Source of the DNA: an uncultured cyanobacterium
GTDB lineage: Bacteria; Cyanobacteriota; Cyanobacteriia; Cyanobacteriales; Cyanobacteriaceae
Direction: 5' to 3'
Length of the DNA: 64,000 nt
Assembly (NCBI GenBank): GCA_963749915.1
Contig: CAVVOP010000022.1
Location: 512,001-576,000 of the forward strand
A model generated the notes under the pieces. The model did no database searches. It had not been told where the DNA came from and saw only the letters and a program-made list of their open reading frames with translations. Position 1 is the first letter of the stretch; every line of letters starts with the position of its first letter. The position numbers and the translations under genes were made by a program. Positions 1 to 11,870 of this stretch are shown here, piece by piece.

Positions 1-222
1 CAACCTCTATCCCTAAAACAATTACGCAAACTGGCGGAGGGTTACGAACCGAAACTCAATTCAGAGGGGAAAATAGTACAATTGACTTTGCAACTAATGA
101 GTGAAAATAAAACTTTAGGAGATATTGCCAAGCAACTTACCCATGAATTACCACAACGCTTTTCTTCTCCACAAGAAGCTCTTACTTATGTGGGAAAAAT
201 TTCTCAGAAATATAGTAAATAA
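1..222 (+). CDS. 3' end of a gene entering from the left edge; possibly a PRMT-like class I SAM methyltransferase
   Basis: Frame 1 is open from base 1 to TAA at 220-222 (QPLSLKQLRKLAEGYEPKLNSEG...ALTYVGKISQKYSK). The product call is recollection of similar C-termini only. Confidence 0.45.
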   Translation, partial: QPLSLKQLRKLAEGYEPKLNSEGKIVQLTLQLMSENKTLGDIAKQLTHELPQRFSSPQEALTYVGKISQKYSK

Positions 223-426
223 GATAAATAAGTTCAAATCAATTCAAAAAAAATCCAGGTGTGAATTTTCCGTTGATGAGAAAATACAGATTGCCGTTTT
301 AGGGATTGGTGATTAGGAATTGGGACTGAGGAATCTCCCATTGCCCAATCACCATTTTTTTCAAGCACGGGAGGATTGATCTGCTCAATGTTAGACTAAA
401 AGACAGTTATTAGATAATTTTAATCA

Positions 427-1257
427 ATGTTGGAGACAAAAGAACAAAACTCTCAATCTTATTTCACAAAATTGGGCCTAACCAATAGATTTGGGCCAGT
501 TCCCGAAACAACAATCGAGAAAAACCATCCTAGCCCATCAGCTTTAAATGAAAATTCTCTCAAAGTTTTAAGTTGGAATATCGCTAAAAATAATCGTCGT
601 CAAAGCTGGACTAGGGATTTTCTCGCCATTGTCGAGCAATACCAGCCAGATAAAATCTTTTTGCAGGAAGTTCGTTTATGTTCCAGAGTTAGAGACATTC
701 CTGAATTGAGAAATATGGGTTGGAGTTTTGCACCTAACTTTATCGATAGTTTTGACTATACCTATTCGGGAATTTTAATCGCTACTAAGGCAGAACTCCT
801 GAATAGCAGATCTTTGATTACTAAACATTATGAACCAGTTACTAACACTCCTAAAGTTTCTCTATTTGCGGAATATTTTTTATCAGATAGCCTCGGAAGT
901 TTACTAGCTGTAAATACTCATTTGATTAATTTTGTTGAACTAAGCAAGTTTAAAGCCCAATTACAAGAAATAGAGTTAATACTCTCCGGGCATCAGGGAG
1001 CAATCATTTTTTCAGGAGACTTTAATACTTGGAATCGTTCCCGGTGGTTGCTTTTGTCCCAGATGGCCACTAGACTAAATTTAACGTCGGTATCTTTTAG
1101 CCCTTGGGATACAAGAAAAATTAAAAACTTTTTGTTATCCCCGCCACTAGATTACATTTTTTATCGGGGATTTAATCAAAAACCATTCAGTGCTAAGGTA
1201 ATAGACAATATTTCTTCCTCTGATCATAATCCCCTTTTGGTAGAGTTTGGTCGTTAA
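427..1257 (+). CDS. Endonuclease/exonuclease/phosphatase (EEP) family protein
   Basis: LSWNI, FLQE, GDFN, LDYIF and SDH motifs. Confidence 0.9.
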   Translation: MLETKEQNSQSYFTKLGLTNRFGPVPETTIEKNHPSPSALNENSLKVLSWNIAKNNRRQSWTRDFLAIVEQYQPDKIFLQEVRLCSRVRDIPELRNMGWSFAPNFIDSFDYTYSGILIATKAELLNSRSLITKHYEPVTNTPKVSLFAEYFLSDSLGSLLAVNTHLINFVELSKFKAQLQEIELILSGHQGAIIFSGDFNTWNRSRWLLLSQMATRLNLTSVSFSPWDTRKIKNFLLSPPLDYIFYRGFNQKPFSAKVIDNISSSDHNPLLVEFGR

Positions 1258-1284
1258 TAAATAACTAGATAATCTTAATGATGG

Positions 1285-2727
1285 ATGATGACAGCGATTA
1301 ATTTTCTCTCAATTTTCAGCGTAGTATCAATATTTGTTCATTGTTTGGGCATTGCTAATGCTGGTCATGCTGTCATGAAGGTGCGTTCCTCTAGGGGTGC
1401 GATCGCTTGGGGAATTGCTTTGATTACCCTACCTTGGTTAGCCATTCCTTTGTATTGGATTTTGGGAAAGAATAAATTTCAAGGATATGCCGAAGCTCTA
1501 AATAGTGCTTATCTCGAACATCAAAAATTAGTCCATTATGCATATAATGAAATACTAGAATTTGGAGCTGTACTACCAAGTGAGTTTGCTACTTTAGAAA
1601 AACTCGCAGCAGAATTTACACCTCTTCCTTTTACCTCCAGCAATGGCATTGAATTATTAATTAATGGTCAGCAAACTTACCCACAAATGCTCAATGCCAT
1701 CGCCAAGGCGAAGGATTATATTCTGCTGCAATCTTATATTATCAACAGTGATGAAGTTGGGAATAAATTTAGGGAAGCTTTGATTGTAAAAGCTAAAGAA
1801 GGAGTAAAGGTTAATGTACTTTATGATGAAATTGGTTCCCACAAACTATCCCGCGCTTATCTTAAATCTCTGGGTCAAAATGCCATTAAAGTTAGTGCTT
1901 TTCGTACCACTCAAGGTAAAGGAAATCGCTGGCAACTTAACTTTCGCAACCATCGTAAAATACTCATTATTGATGGACAAATCGCTTTTATGGGGGGCTT
2001 GAATATTGGCGATGAATATCTAGGAAAAAATCCCCGTTTTGGTTATTGGCGAGATACCCATGTGAAGCTCCAAGGACCTGCGGTTAAATGTTTACAAACA
2101 ACCTTTCTCCGAGACTGGTATTGGGCGACCAAAGAACTCCCCACCGTGTCTTGGGAGGTACAAAAAAACGATGGGCATCGGCAAACTGCATTTATCTTAG
2201 GTACGGGTCCTGCCGATAAACTGCAAGCTTGCACTTTGTTTTTCCTCAATCTGATTAACCAAGCAGAAAAAAGGCTGTGGATTGCCAGTCCTTACTTTGT
2301 TCCTGATGATTCCATCCTCAATGCTTTAAAACTAGCGGCAATGCGTGGTGTTGATGTGCGAATTATCTTACCAAATCATCCCGATCACTTATTGGTCTAT
2401 CTCTGCTCTTTTTCTTACTATGCCGAGTTACGGGAGGTCGGAATTAAGTTATATCGTTACCGCCCTGGATTTATGCATCAAAAAGTTATCTTGTGCGATG
2501 GCAATCTCGCGGGAGTAGGTACGGCTAATCTTGATAATCGCTCATTCTTTTTAAATTTTGAAGTTATGACTTTTGTGATCACTCCTGACTTTATTGAAAG
2601 TGTCGAGGCTATGCTGTTAGATGACTTGAATGCTTCCAATCCGGTTGACTTTTCCCAATACGAGAAAAAAAGTTTTTGGTTTAAGTTAGGGGCTAGGATA
2701 TCTCGTTTGTTAGAACCCATACTCTAG
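1285..2727 (+). CDS. cls: Cardiolipin synthase
   Basis: Two N-terminal TM helices and two HKD motifs (RNHRKILIID, MHQKVILCD). Confidence 0.92.
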   Translation: MMTAINFLSIFSVVSIFVHCLGIANAGHAVMKVRSSRGAIAWGIALITLPWLAIPLYWILGKNKFQGYAEALNSAYLEHQKLVHYAYNEILEFGAVLPSEFATLEKLAAEFTPLPFTSSNGIELLINGQQTYPQMLNAIAKAKDYILLQSYIINSDEVGNKFREALIVKAKEGVKVNVLYDEIGSHKLSRAYLKSLGQNAIKVSAFRTTQGKGNRWQLNFRNHRKILIIDGQIAFMGGLNIGDEYLGKNPRFGYWRDTHVKLQGPAVKCLQTTFLRDWYWATKELPTVSWEVQKNDGHRQTAFILGTGPADKLQACTLFFLNLINQAEKRLWIASPYFVPDDSILNALKLAAMRGVDVRIILPNHPDHLLVYLCSFSYYAELREVGIKLYRYRPGFMHQKVILCDGNLAGVGTANLDNRSFFLNFEVMTFVITPDFIESVEAMLLDDLNASNPVDFSQYEKKSFWFKLGARISRLLEPIL

Positions 2728-2899
2728 TGGTCTGACAACTTTGTTTTGAGGGACCGGGAACGGATAATTTTGGATCTCTTGGTCGGCATTCCCTCTCTTG
2801 GTGGACGTTCCCTTGCGACTTCCGTCGTCGCGGGGTCCGACCGCTTTTGGATTTTGGAGAATTGTTTTATCCCTGATTTCAAAATTGGCAGACTACTAG
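2724..2899. mobile_element. MITE-like element with ~30 bp imperfect terminal inverted repeats
   Basis: Left end CTAGTGGTCTGACAACTTTG...GAGGGA; reverse complement of right end CTAGTAGTCTGCCAATTTTG...CAGGGA. Internal GGTCGG...CCGACC stem. Overlaps the cls stop codon. Confidence 0.7.
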
Positions 2900-2917
2900 T
2901 GAGAAAGTGCCTCAATC

Positions 2918-5488
2918 TTATTCTTCCGTCATCGCTGATTCTTCAGCTTCTGCCGATGGTGGGACTAAGGCAATGGCAGCGATTGCGTCATCGGAATCAA
3001 GTTTTTGAACCCTTACTCCACTAGCATTACGGGACTGGAGAGAGACCGCATTAACATCACAACGGATAATAATACCACGAGTAGTGATAATCATAAATTC
3101 ATCATCACTATTAACAATTTGTAAAGCCGCTAATTCTTCCTTCGGCTTGCGGAAACGAATAGCTTTTACCCCAATGCCAGCCCGTCTTTGTAAACGGAAT
3201 TGAGAGACAGGAACTCTCTTCCCGTAACCACTGGTGGTCACAGCCAAAGCCCAAGGGGCATTTTTGCTGGTATCATTGTTTAGTTCTTCTTCATTCTCAA
3301 TATTATCATCATCGTCGTTTTCTCCAGCCTCAGCAATATTCGCCACAATTTGAGACGGTAGAATGTCCATACTAATAATTTGATCACCTGATCGCAATTT
3401 CATGGATTTAACCCCTTTTGCCGTGCGACTGAGGGGACGTAATTGTTGATTATCGGCATGAAAGTGAATAGCCATACCACGACGAGAACCAATTAAAATA
3501 CTATCCTCTTGAGTCGCTAACCGTACCCACCGCAATTCGTCATTATCCTCTAAAGAAATGGCAATTAAACCGTTGCTGCGAATATTGCCAAAGGCTGATA
3601 GGGCAGTTTTTTTGACAAACCCTTTTTTGGTAAGCATGACTAAATATTCATGATCTGTAAATTCGCTTACTGGTATGATGGAAGTAATTTTCTCGTCACT
3701 GGCAACGGGCAATAATTGTACTATTGGTACACCCCTTGCAGCACGGGAACTAGAGGGTATTTGATAGGCACTTAGTCCATATACTACCCCTTTATCACTA
3801 AAGAATAATACCCGATCGTGATCACATCCCGTGAAGAAATGTTCGACGACATCATCCTCTTTAATTTTTGCTCCTGATTTACCTCTTGTGGCACGGTTTT
3901 GAGCCTCAAAGGTATTGACGAGCATTTTTTTTAAGTAACCTTGTTGGGTTAATAAAATTACCACCTGTTCATTCGCAATTAAGTCAATATCACCTAAATC
4001 TCCATCGGCTTGGACAATTTCTGTACGGCGAGGGGTAGCGTGAATAGTCTTAATTTCCGCTAATTCTTCCTCAATAATGGTGTAAATTCGCTCTCTACGT
4101 GCTAAAATGTCGTTTAAATCTATGATTTGAGCCATTAAGTCCTGATGTTCAGCTTCGATTTTTTCAGCTTCAAGGGCGGTTAATCGTCGCAATTGCATCT
4201 GTAAAATAGCATCGGCTTGAGTTTCAGAAAGTTCAAAATCCGTTACTAACTCTTGTTTTGCTGTACCAGTATCCGCCGCACCTCTAATTAATCGAATCAC
4301 CGCATCAAGATTACTCAAGGCGATCAATAAACCTTGTAATAAATGATCTCTTTCTTCGGCTTTTTTGAGCAAATAAAGGGTGCGTCGGGTAATAGCTTCT
4401 ACTCGAAAATCGAGGAATACTTCTAAAAACTTGCGCAAAGTCAATAATTGTGGCTCATTATTCACCAAAGCCAACATATTTGCCCCGAAATTACTTTGAA
4501 TCGCTGTTTGTTTATAAAGGTTATTTAAGACAACTCTAGGGTAAGCATCCCGTTTTAATTCTATAACAATGCGCATCCCGTTACGATCGCTTTCGTCTCG
4601 GATGTCAGAAATACCATCAATTTTCTTATCATTGACTAATTCAGCAATTTTCTCAATTAAACTCGCCTTATTAGTTTGATAGGGTAATTCGGTAACAATA
4701 ATTGCTTCTTTATCCTGTCTGCCTTTATTAGAAACCGTTTCAATATTGGCCACGCCGCGCATGGTAATCGAACCTCGGCCAGTAGTATAAGCCTCCTTAA
4801 TGCCCTGTCTGCCAAGAATTTGTGCTCCTGTGGGAAAATCAGGACCAGGGATATACTGCATTAACTCTAAATCCGTAATCTCAGGATTGTGAATCATTGC
4901 CACGGCACCATCAATCAATTCCGCTAAATTATGGGGAGGAATATTGGTCGCCATACCCACAGCAATACCCGTCGCACCATTTAACAATAATTGAGGTATT
5001 CTGGCAGGTAACACTACAGGTTCTTGTTGTGAACCATCAAAATTATCGATAAAATCAACTGTTTCCGCTTCAATATCTCGTAATAGGCCATTAGTGGCTA
5101 AAGCCTGTAAACGACACTCCGTATAACGCATCGCCGCCGGAGGATCATTATCGATACTACCAAAATTTCCATGACCATTGATGAGGGGGTTACGCATGGA
5201 AAAATCTTGTGCCATCCTTACCAAAGCATCATATACTGCCGTATCACCGTGAGGATGATATTTACCCAAAACTTCCCCTACAACTCTCGCACATTTACGA
5301 AAAGGGCGATCGGGCATTAATCCTAGTTCATACATGGCGTAAAGAATGCGACGATGAACAGGCTTTAATCCATCCCTTGCATCAGGCAACGCCCTACCGA
5401 CAATAACGCTCATGGCGTATTCTAGGTAAGAGCGAGACATTTCGTTGGTTAAATTAGTGGGTACTATGCGTTCTTGGATAGATGTCAT
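2918..5488 (-). CDS. gyrA: DNA gyrase subunit A
   Basis: [29 protein letters not shown] and GyrA-box-like QNRATRG. Confidence 0.97.
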   Translation of the reverse strand: MTSIQERIVPTNLTNEMSRSYLEYAMSVIVGRALPDARDGLKPVHRRILYAMYELGLMPDRPFRKCARVVGEVLGKYHPHGDTAVYDALVRMAQDFSMRNPLINGHGNFGSIDNDPPAAMRYTECRLQALATNGLLRDIEAETVDFIDNFDGSQQEPVVLPARIPQLLLNGATGIAVGMATNIPPHNLAELIDGAVAMIHNPEITDLELMQYIPGPDFPTGAQILGRQGIKEAYTTGRGSITMRGVANIETVSNKGRQDKEAIIVTELPYQTNKASLIEKIAELVNDKKIDGISDIRDESDRNGMRIVIELKRDAYPRVVLNNLYKQTAIQSNFGANMLALVNNEPQLLTLRKFLEVFLDFRVEAITRRTLYLLKKAEERDHLLQGLLIALSNLDAVIRLIRGAADTGTAKQELVTDFELSETQADAILQMQLRRLTALEAEKIEAEHQDLMAQIIDLNDILARRERIYTIIEEELAEIKTIHATPRRTEIVQADGDLGDIDLIANEQVVILLTQQGYLKKMLVNTFEAQNRATRGKSGAKIKEDDVVEHFFTGCDHDRVLFFSDKGVVYGLSAYQIPSSSRAARGVPIVQLLPVASDEKITSIIPVSEFTDHEYLVMLTKKGFVKKTALSAFGNIRSNGLIAISLEDNDELRWVRLATQEDSILIGSRRGMAIHFHADNQQLRPLSRTAKGVKSMKLRSGDQIISMDILPSQIVANIAEAGENDDDDNIENEEELNNDTSKNAPWALAVTTSGYGKRVPVSQFRLQRRAGIGVKAIRFRKPKEELAALQIVNSDDEFMIITTRGIIIRCDVNAVSLQSRNASGVRVQKLDSDDAIAAIALVPPSAEAEESAMTEE

Positions 5489-5737
5489 AAGTATTTTTAA
5501 GCAATGATTAGTTATCTACTGCAATAACTAATTAGTTTGAGGATGACAGTAGTTAGTTTTGACGATGTAAGGTCAATCTACTCCCAAAATAATTAAATTA
5601 GGGCGTTTGAATCTTTACATCCTGAAATTATTTTATTAATGGTTGTATTTTAGCATATTCGGGCAGTTAAAATTCCACAATACCCATAAACTAATCAGGA
5701 CAAACCCACGGGTTTATTTAGGTTTCCAAAATAGCTC

Positions 5738-5857
5738 GAAAAACCCCATCAGTTTGTACTTTCAGTCGAGCAATTGACTAACAATTTTCCCAAAAGCGAA
5801 TCAGATGGTTTAACTTCTCAGTTCAGACGTGCCGCCATTTCCATCCCCGCAAATATT
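5738..5857 (+). pseudogene. Four-helix-bundle (23S rRNA IVP/Avd-like) gene remnant
   Basis: Hand translation EKPHQFVLSVEQLTNNFPKSESDGLTSQFRRAAISIPANI matches the family pattern; no start and no C-terminal half. Confidence 0.75.
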
Positions 5858-6068
5858 CCAATAGTATTGAGTGCAAAAAAACTCCTGACTCCTACTTTTA
5901 AAGTAATGAGTAGAAAAAAAGCATTTACAACCGAAACGTTACTATAATTTATGTGATTAAATAATGAACTACGCTAAAGTAAAATCTAAACCCCTGATTA
6001 TTTTTTCTGCAAAATTGAGAACAAAGGCTAGAATTAGCAATTATTCATTATCCGTTATCAATTATAAT

Positions 6069-6659
6069 ATGAACATTCAAGTAGGACAAAAAGCACCAGA
6101 TTTCACAGCTACGGCAGTTATTGGGCAAGAGTTTAAAGTCGTTAAATTATCTGACTATTTGGGGCAATATGTGGTGTTATTCTTCTATCCCCTTGATTTT
6201 ACCTTTGTTTGCCCAACGGAAATTATCGCCTTTAGCGATCGCCACAGTGAATTTGAGAGTTTGAACAGCGAAATATTGGGGGTTTCCGTAGATAGCGAAT
6301 TTTCCCATTTAGCCTGGATTCAAACCGAGAGGAAACAAGGAGGTATCGGTGACATTGAATATCCCTTAATTTCCGATTTGAAAAAAGAAATTAGTACCGC
6401 TTACAACGTATTAGAACCTAATGCTGGTGTGGCATTAAGAGGTTTATTTATCATTGATCCCCAAGGGTTCATACAATATCTGACAGTGAATAACCTTTCT
6501 TTTGGGCGTAGTGTTGATGAAACATTAAGAATCTTAAAAGCTATTCAATATGTGCAATCCCACGATAACGAAGTGTGTCCTGTGGGTTGGCAAGAAGGAG
6601 ACAAAACCATGAATCCTGATCCCATCAAGTCTAAAGTTTACTTTTCCTCTCTCGGTTAA
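6069..6659 (+). CDS. 2-Cys peroxiredoxin (AhpC/TSA)
   Basis: [13 protein letters not shown] and EVCP motifs; ATG 6069 is the likely start. Confidence 0.95.
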   Translation: MNIQVGQKAPDFTATAVIGQEFKVVKLSDYLGQYVVLFFYPLDFTFVCPTEIIAFSDRHSEFESLNSEILGVSVDSEFSHLAWIQTERKQGGIGDIEYPLISDLKKEISTAYNVLEPNAGVALRGLFIIDPQGFIQYLTVNNLSFGRSVDETLRILKAIQYVQSHDNEVCPVGWQEGDKTMNPDPIKSKVYFSSLG

Positions 6660-6710
6660 CAAATATTAAGTGTAGAATGGTTAAAAAACCACAATTAATA
6701 ATTGAAGTTT

Positions 6711-7067
6711 ATGACACAAGCAACAGCAGTTTCTAAGGGTATACAGTTAACAGAAAATGCCCTTCACCACGTTTTAATGTTAAAACAACAACAGGGTAAT
6801 GAGGATCTGTGTTTACGGGTCGGCGTCAGACAGGGCGGTTGTTCTGGCATGTCTTATCTGATGGACTTTGAAAATATAAGTAACATCACTGAACATGATG
6901 ACGTTTTTGATTATGATGGTTTTAAAATAGTCTGCGATCGCAAAAGCTTATTATTTTTGTACGGCTTAGTCCTAGATTATAGTAACGCTATGATTGGTGG
7001 CGGTTTTCAATTCACCAATCCCAATGCCAATCAAACCTGCGGTTGTGGAAAATCTTTTGCTGCTTAA
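6711..7067 (+). CDS. iscA: A-type Fe-S cluster carrier (IscA/SufA)
   Basis: GGCSG and CGCGKSF motifs. Confidence 0.9.
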   Translation: MTQATAVSKGIQLTENALHHVLMLKQQQGNEDLCLRVGVRQGGCSGMSYLMDFENISNITEHDDVFDYDGFKIVCDRKSLLFLYGLVLDYSNAMIGGGFQFTNPNANQTCGCGKSFAA

Positions 7068-7189
7068 TTTTGGATTATTTGACAATTAACAATTAATGAC
7101 TAACTAATGAAACCTTGCACTCCCATTAAAAATTGCCTGGTTAGGGAAGGGAATAGAGAACAGTAGTAATAATTGAATTTTATATAAAG

Positions 7190-7459
7190 ATGGCTAAATA
7201 TATTTTATTCGGAAGTTATTGTGGGAATGCTCTAGAAAAAAGGAGTCCCTATCGTCAAGCACATTTAGACGGATTGGGAAAGCAAAAAGAATCAGGTATT
7301 TTAATAACCCTAGGTCCAACAAAAGATAATACTAAAGTATTTGGTATTTACGAGGCTGATAATGAAGAAACTGTCAAAAATATAATCGAATCTGATCCTT
7401 ATTGGCAAAACGGTATTTGGACTGATTATGAAATAAAAGAGTGGATTCAGGCTTTTTAA
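7190..7459 (+). CDS. YciI family protein
   Basis: R..HL, GPT and DPY motifs; 89 aa. Confidence 0.85.
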   Translation: MAKYILFGSYCGNALEKRSPYRQAHLDGLGKQKESGILITLGPTKDNTKVFGIYEADNEETVKNIIESDPYWQNGIWTDYEIKEWIQAF

Positions 7460-7618
7460 TTATCATAGGAGAATCCGTCATTATTAGTAAGTAATTATCA
7501 ATTAGTAAGTGATTATCAGGGAAAAATAAAGGTAAAAGAAAATACAATAATCAGCCTTTTTTTTCGTTAAATGATTAAAGAAGATTAATCAGATTCAGAT
7601 CTGCAAATTAGAAAAATT

Positions 7619-8815
7619 ATGGGCCATAGCAAAAGAATCGGTATTTTAACCAGTGGTGGAGATTGTCCGGGATTAAATGCCATTATCAGGGCAGTTGTCA
7701 AATATTCCACTTTGAAACAATGGGAAGTTTTTGGAATCCCTCGTGGCACGGATGGTTTTATTGACGTTGCTAAAGGGAAATTAGAAGTCGATGACCTCAA
7801 ATTACAACCTCATGGTTATGACGTACCTGGAGTATTACAGGGGCTTGATATACTTCAGTTTATGAGTGGTAGTGTTTTGGGTTCTCTTAGTAGAGGAAAT
7901 CCAAAAGAAGAACAGGTCACTGATGATATTCTTGAAGGGTATAAACTTTTGGGATTAGACGCCTTAATTGCTATTGGTGGAGATGGTAGTTTAGACATCG
8001 TCTATGACTTGGCCAAAAAAGGAAATTGGAATTTAGTAGTTATCCCGAAAACTATTGATAACGATGTAGCATTTACCGAACGTTCGGTGGGCTTTGACAC
8101 CGCAAGGAATACAGTGACTCAAGCCTTATATGATCTTACCTTTACTGCCGCTAGTCATGAGCGTATTATGGTGGTACAAATTATGGGTAGAGATGCCGGA
8201 CATTTAGCCTTACATTCAGGTATTGCCGGAGGTGCGGATTGTATTTTAATTCCTGAACTTACCCCCAAATTAACAGAAAAAACCATTGAAGGAATTTGTA
8301 AATATATTGCCAAATTAAGAAAAGATAGACGAAGATTTGCCTTAATTGTGATAGCGGAGGGCGTTCATGGATTAAACAATCAAAAAGATCCTTATATTTC
8401 AGAAACTTTAGCTAATTTAATTACTGAATATAGTCATCGTCTGTGTAGCAGTAATCATGCCGACTATGAAGGTTTAAATCAAGTTGATACTCGTGCTACT
8501 ATCTTAGGACATTTACAACGTTGTGGTGCACCTAGTTCTTTCGATCGCATTTTAGCCACCGTTTTCGGCATCAAAGCCCTACACCTCATTGAAGAAGAAC
8601 GTTATAATCGTCTCGTTATCTGGCAAAATGGCAGTGTTGAGAGTAAATCTTTAGAACAAATAATGCCGATGATTAAATGGTGTCATCAAGAGAAAACTTG
8701 TCCTTCCCCTGTAGATCCTGAAGGCTTCATGGTGAGAACAGCTTTATCTTTAGGAATTTACGTCGGTGAATCCCATGTTCACCCTGAGAACTTCAACGAC
8801 AAAACTGATAATTAA
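7619..8815 (+). CDS. pfkA: ATP-dependent 6-phosphofructokinase
   Basis: [28 protein letters not shown] and LGHLQR. Confidence 0.95.
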   Translation: MGHSKRIGILTSGGDCPGLNAIIRAVVKYSTLKQWEVFGIPRGTDGFIDVAKGKLEVDDLKLQPHGYDVPGVLQGLDILQFMSGSVLGSLSRGNPKEEQVTDDILEGYKLLGLDALIAIGGDGSLDIVYDLAKKGNWNLVVIPKTIDNDVAFTERSVGFDTARNTVTQALYDLTFTAASHERIMVVQIMGRDAGHLALHSGIAGGADCILIPELTPKLTEKTIEGICKYIAKLRKDRRRFALIVIAEGVHGLNNQKDPYISETLANLITEYSHRLCSSNHADYEGLNQVDTRATILGHLQRCGAPSSFDRILATVFGIKALHLIEEERYNRLVIWQNGSVESKSLEQIMPMIKWCHQEKTCPSPVDPEGFMVRTALSLGIYVGESHVHPENFNDKTDN

Positions 8816-8872
8816 CAATTAACAATTAACAATTAACAATTAACAATATTCTGAATTTTGAATTCTGAATTT
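8812..8872. repeat. Heptamer tandem repeats (TTAACAA)n followed by TTCTGAA-type units
   Basis: Directly visible after the pfkA stop. Confidence 0.85.
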
Positions 8873-8969
8873 CCCCAATAATGGTGTTATTGCCTCACCT
8901 ATTGTCATTAATTAATAGATGCGAATTTGTCTACCTTTATCTAAGGACTTTTTTTAGCAACGCCTATTT

Positions 8970-8988
8970 ATTAATCTAATCTTAACTT
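8970..8988 (+). promoter_or_regulatory. Candidate cyanobacterial Pho box (SphR site)
   Basis: ATTAATCT (8970) and CTTAACTT (8981) at 11-bp spacing upstream of pstB, matching PyTTAAPyPy(T/A); a third unit is weak. Confidence 0.5.
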
Positions 8989-9132
8989 AGATTTGTCGAA
9001 GAAGAATTATAATTGTTTGAGTACTCGTATATTAATAATTTACATAATTGGCGGCTGATTTTCCCTGCCGATTTATGATCACAAAAAAACTTAAATTAAC
9101 TGTTCATTGAATTTAAATAATAAACTAAAATT

Positions 9133-9942
9133 ATGAGTAATTTATCTTCCTCAGCAATCATCGACGAAGCGGTATTAAGGACGGAAAATGTTGATGTTTA
9201 CTATGGTTCACACAAAGCCGTAGCGGGAGTTAATTTAGAAATTCCTAAAAATAATGCGGTTGCTTTTATTGGTCCTTCTGGTTGTGGTAAAAGCACAATT
9301 TTGCGCTGTTTTAACCGTATGAATGATTTAGTGGCTAGTGCTAGAATTCACGGTAAAATCACTTTCAGAGGAAAAAATATTTATGGTAATAATGTAGATC
9401 CTGTCAAATTAAGAACTAATATTGGCATGGTATTCCAAAAACCGAATCCTTTCCCTAAATCAATTTATGAGAATATTGCATGGGGTGCAAGAATTAACGG
9501 TTACAAAGGTAATATGAATGACCTAGTGGAAGATTCATTGCAAAAAGCCGCTTTGTGGGATGAGGTCAAAGATAAATTGCGTGAGAGTGGTTTAGCATTA
9601 TCTGGTGGACAACAACAGCGTTTATGTATTGCTAGAACTATAGCCATTCAACCTGATGTTATTTTAATGGATGAACCTTGTTCTGCACTAGATCCTATCT
9701 CTACCCTGAAAGTGGAGGAATCCATTCATGAACTAAAACGCAATTACACTATAATTATTGTTACCCACAATATGCAACAAGCCTCAAGGGTATCTGATTA
9801 TACTGCCTTTTTCAATGCCAAAAGTGTGGAAGGAGGAAGCGGTAAACTGGGTTATTTAGTAGAATACGATCGCACAGAAAATATCTTTCAATATCCCGCG
9901 GAACAAGCTACCCAAGAGTATGTTAGTGGACGTTTTGGGTAA
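9133..9942 (+). CDS. pstB: Phosphate ABC transporter ATP-binding protein
   Basis: [38 protein letters not shown]. Confidence 0.96.
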   Translation: MSNLSSSAIIDEAVLRTENVDVYYGSHKAVAGVNLEIPKNNAVAFIGPSGCGKSTILRCFNRMNDLVASARIHGKITFRGKNIYGNNVDPVKLRTNIGMVFQKPNPFPKSIYENIAWGARINGYKGNMNDLVEDSLQKAALWDEVKDKLRESGLALSGGQQQRLCIARTIAIQPDVILMDEPCSALDPISTLKVEESIHELKRNYTIIIVTHNMQQASRVSDYTAFFNAKSVEGGSGKLGYLVEYDRTENIFQYPAEQATQEYVSGRFG

Positions 9943-10138
9943 ACCTCCCTCGAAATAAAGGCGCGATGGTAATCGCTTTATTTAATATTAATAAGAATAA
10001 CCGAAATAATTAGCATTAACCGCTGTATATTTTGCTTGTTTTTTCCACATATTTTCTCTTAGGGAATCTTAGGAAAGAATATTTGTGTATTCACTATCCT
10101 TTTTATAAAGAACATTGGGGAATCGAAAAATAAGATAA

Positions 10139-10210
10139 CTGGGATGCTAGGATTCGAACCTAGGAATGGCGAGACCAAAACCCGCTGCCTTACCGCTTGG
10201 CGACATCCCA
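10139..10210 (-). tRNA. trnQ: tRNA-Gln (TTG)
   Basis: TGGGATGTCGCCAAGCGGTAAGGCAGCGGGTTTTGGTCTCGCCATTCCTAGGTTCGAATCCTAGCATCCCAG folds as a cloverleaf with anticodon TTG. Confidence 0.96.
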
Positions 10211-10362
10211 TCGATTTCGCACATTTATTAATATAACAAAGCCTTAACAAATTTGTCAAGGCGAAAATTAATTTTTTATTAAGATTAATGCTATAAAATC
10301 TAAGTAATAATTAAGGAAATAGAGAATCAAGAATAGGCAATAGAAAAAGTAAAAGTAGTTAA

Positions 10363-11460
10363 TTAACGGTTAACTATCAACTCACATTGACTATGATGTC
10401 TTAAAAGATGATCACATAAAATAAGGGCAACCATCGCTTCCACCATAGGTACTGCTCTGGGTAATACACAGGGATCATGTCTGCCTTTAGCGGCTAAAGT
10501 AGTTTCTTCTCCTTCTTTACTGACGGTGTTTTGTTCCTTACCAATAGTCGCAGTGGGTTTAAAGGCAGCCCTTAAGACTATATTTTCTCCATTACTAATG
10601 CCCCCTTGAATACCGCCAGATCTATTGGTTTTAGTGCGGGTGTTTCCTTTTTCGTCCAGATAAAATTCATCGTTATGTTGACTACCTTTAAGAGTTGTAC
10701 CTGCAAAACCTGAGCCAATTTCAAAGCCTTTAGTCGCTGGTAAAGACATAATTCCCTTGGCTAAATCTGCCTCTAATTTATCGAAAACGGGTTCGCCTAA
10801 TCCCCTGGGTACATTTCGGATCACACATTCCACCACCCCTCCCAAAGAGTCTTTTTCTCGGCGAATTTGATCTATTAAATCGATCATTTTTTCCGCACAT
10901 TCACTATCGGGGCATCTAACAATGTTACTCTCCACTTGCTCAATAGTTACGGTTTCTTGATTAACCACTGCTTCTAAGTCTTTAATACGCTTCACATAGG
11001 CAATGATTTCTACTTCGGCTACTTGGTGAAGAATCTTTTTGGCGATCGCCCCAGCCGCCACTCTACCAATGGTTTCCCTCGCAGAAGAACGTCCGCCACC
11101 TTGCCAGTTACGAATGCCATACTTAGCATCATAGGTAGCATCAGCATGGGAAGGACGATATTTAACCGCCATCTCATCATAATCTTGGGAACGGGCATCC
11201 TTATTGCGTACTAAGATGGCAATGGGAGTACCTAACGTTTTGCCTTCAAAAACCCCAGAGATAATTTCGCATAAATCGGACTCATTGCGAGGGGTAGTAA
11301 TCTTACTTTGTCCGGGTTTACGGCGATTCAACTCCACTTGTATTTCCTCGGCGGTAATCTCAATTTGAGGAGGACAACCATCGATGACGACACCAACCCC
11401 TCCCCCATGAGACTCGCCGAAGGTTGAAATTCTAAACAATGTACCGAAATTACTACTCAT
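10363..11460 (-). CDS. aroC: Chorismate synthase
   Basis: [28 protein letters not shown]. Confidence 0.97.
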   Translation of the reverse strand: MSSNFGTLFRISTFGESHGGGVGVVIDGCPPQIEITAEEIQVELNRRKPGQSKITTPRNESDLCEIISGVFEGKTLGTPIAILVRNKDARSQDYDEMAVKYRPSHADATYDAKYGIRNWQGGGRSSARETIGRVAAGAIAKKILHQVAEVEIIAYVKRIKDLEAVVNQETVTIEQVESNIVRCPDSECAEKMIDLIDQIRREKDSLGGVVECVIRNVPRGLGEPVFDKLEADLAKGIMSLPATKGFEIGSGFAGTTLKGSQHNDEFYLDEKGNTRTKTNRSGGIQGGISNGENIVLRAAFKPTATIGKEQNTVSKEGEETTLAAKGRHDPCVLPRAVPMVEAMVALILCDHLLRHHSQCELIVNR

Positions 11461-11647
11461 TTAATAATTAAAAATTAGGAATAAAATAGTTATTGATTTA
11501 TATAGTTATTTGTTTTAAGTTACCACAAAACTCTGCACTAAAAGAGGCGATCGTCTGTTGTGAAGGCTTTAGCCTATATTTTTAAAACTCGTGTATAGTT
11601 TACTACGAACAATAGTTTCCATCAATAAGATGCAAGGATAGAAAAAT

Positions 11648-11746
11648 ATGACTGTTATTGTAGAAACTAAATTGAAATGGACCGGTGCTGATTTGGAATT
11701 GCTACCTGAGAATGACGAGCGAGTTGAAATTATTGAAAAGTTTTGA
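11648..11746 (+). pseudogene. Uma2 (DUF820) endonuclease N-terminal stub
   Basis: MTVIVETKLKWTGADLELLPENDERVEIIEKF* resembles the cyanobacterial Uma2 N-terminus (WT..DL..LP....R.EII). Confidence 0.65.
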
Positions 11747-11870
11747 TAACTTACGTTAAATTAAATTAATAATTAAGTAAAAAATTATTTTATTCAATCA
11801 TGATCGCTTTTACGGAAAAAATAGAACTTGAATGAAAATGTAGTGCAATTATATGTCATATTTCCTACAC

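Noticed and set aside
2746..3024. Short ORFs 2746..3024 and 2724..2915
   Set aside because: They run through the MITE or antisense to gyrA and have no recognisable motifs.
10139..10210. tRNA-Gln as the integration site of the nearby RM island
   Set aside because: No duplicated tRNA 3' end and no integrase seen; aroC separates them.
11593..11606. NtcA-like GTA-N8-TAC site
   Set aside because: The nearest -10-like TAAGAT is 19 nt away rather than about 22, and the downstream ORF is a stub; likely chance.
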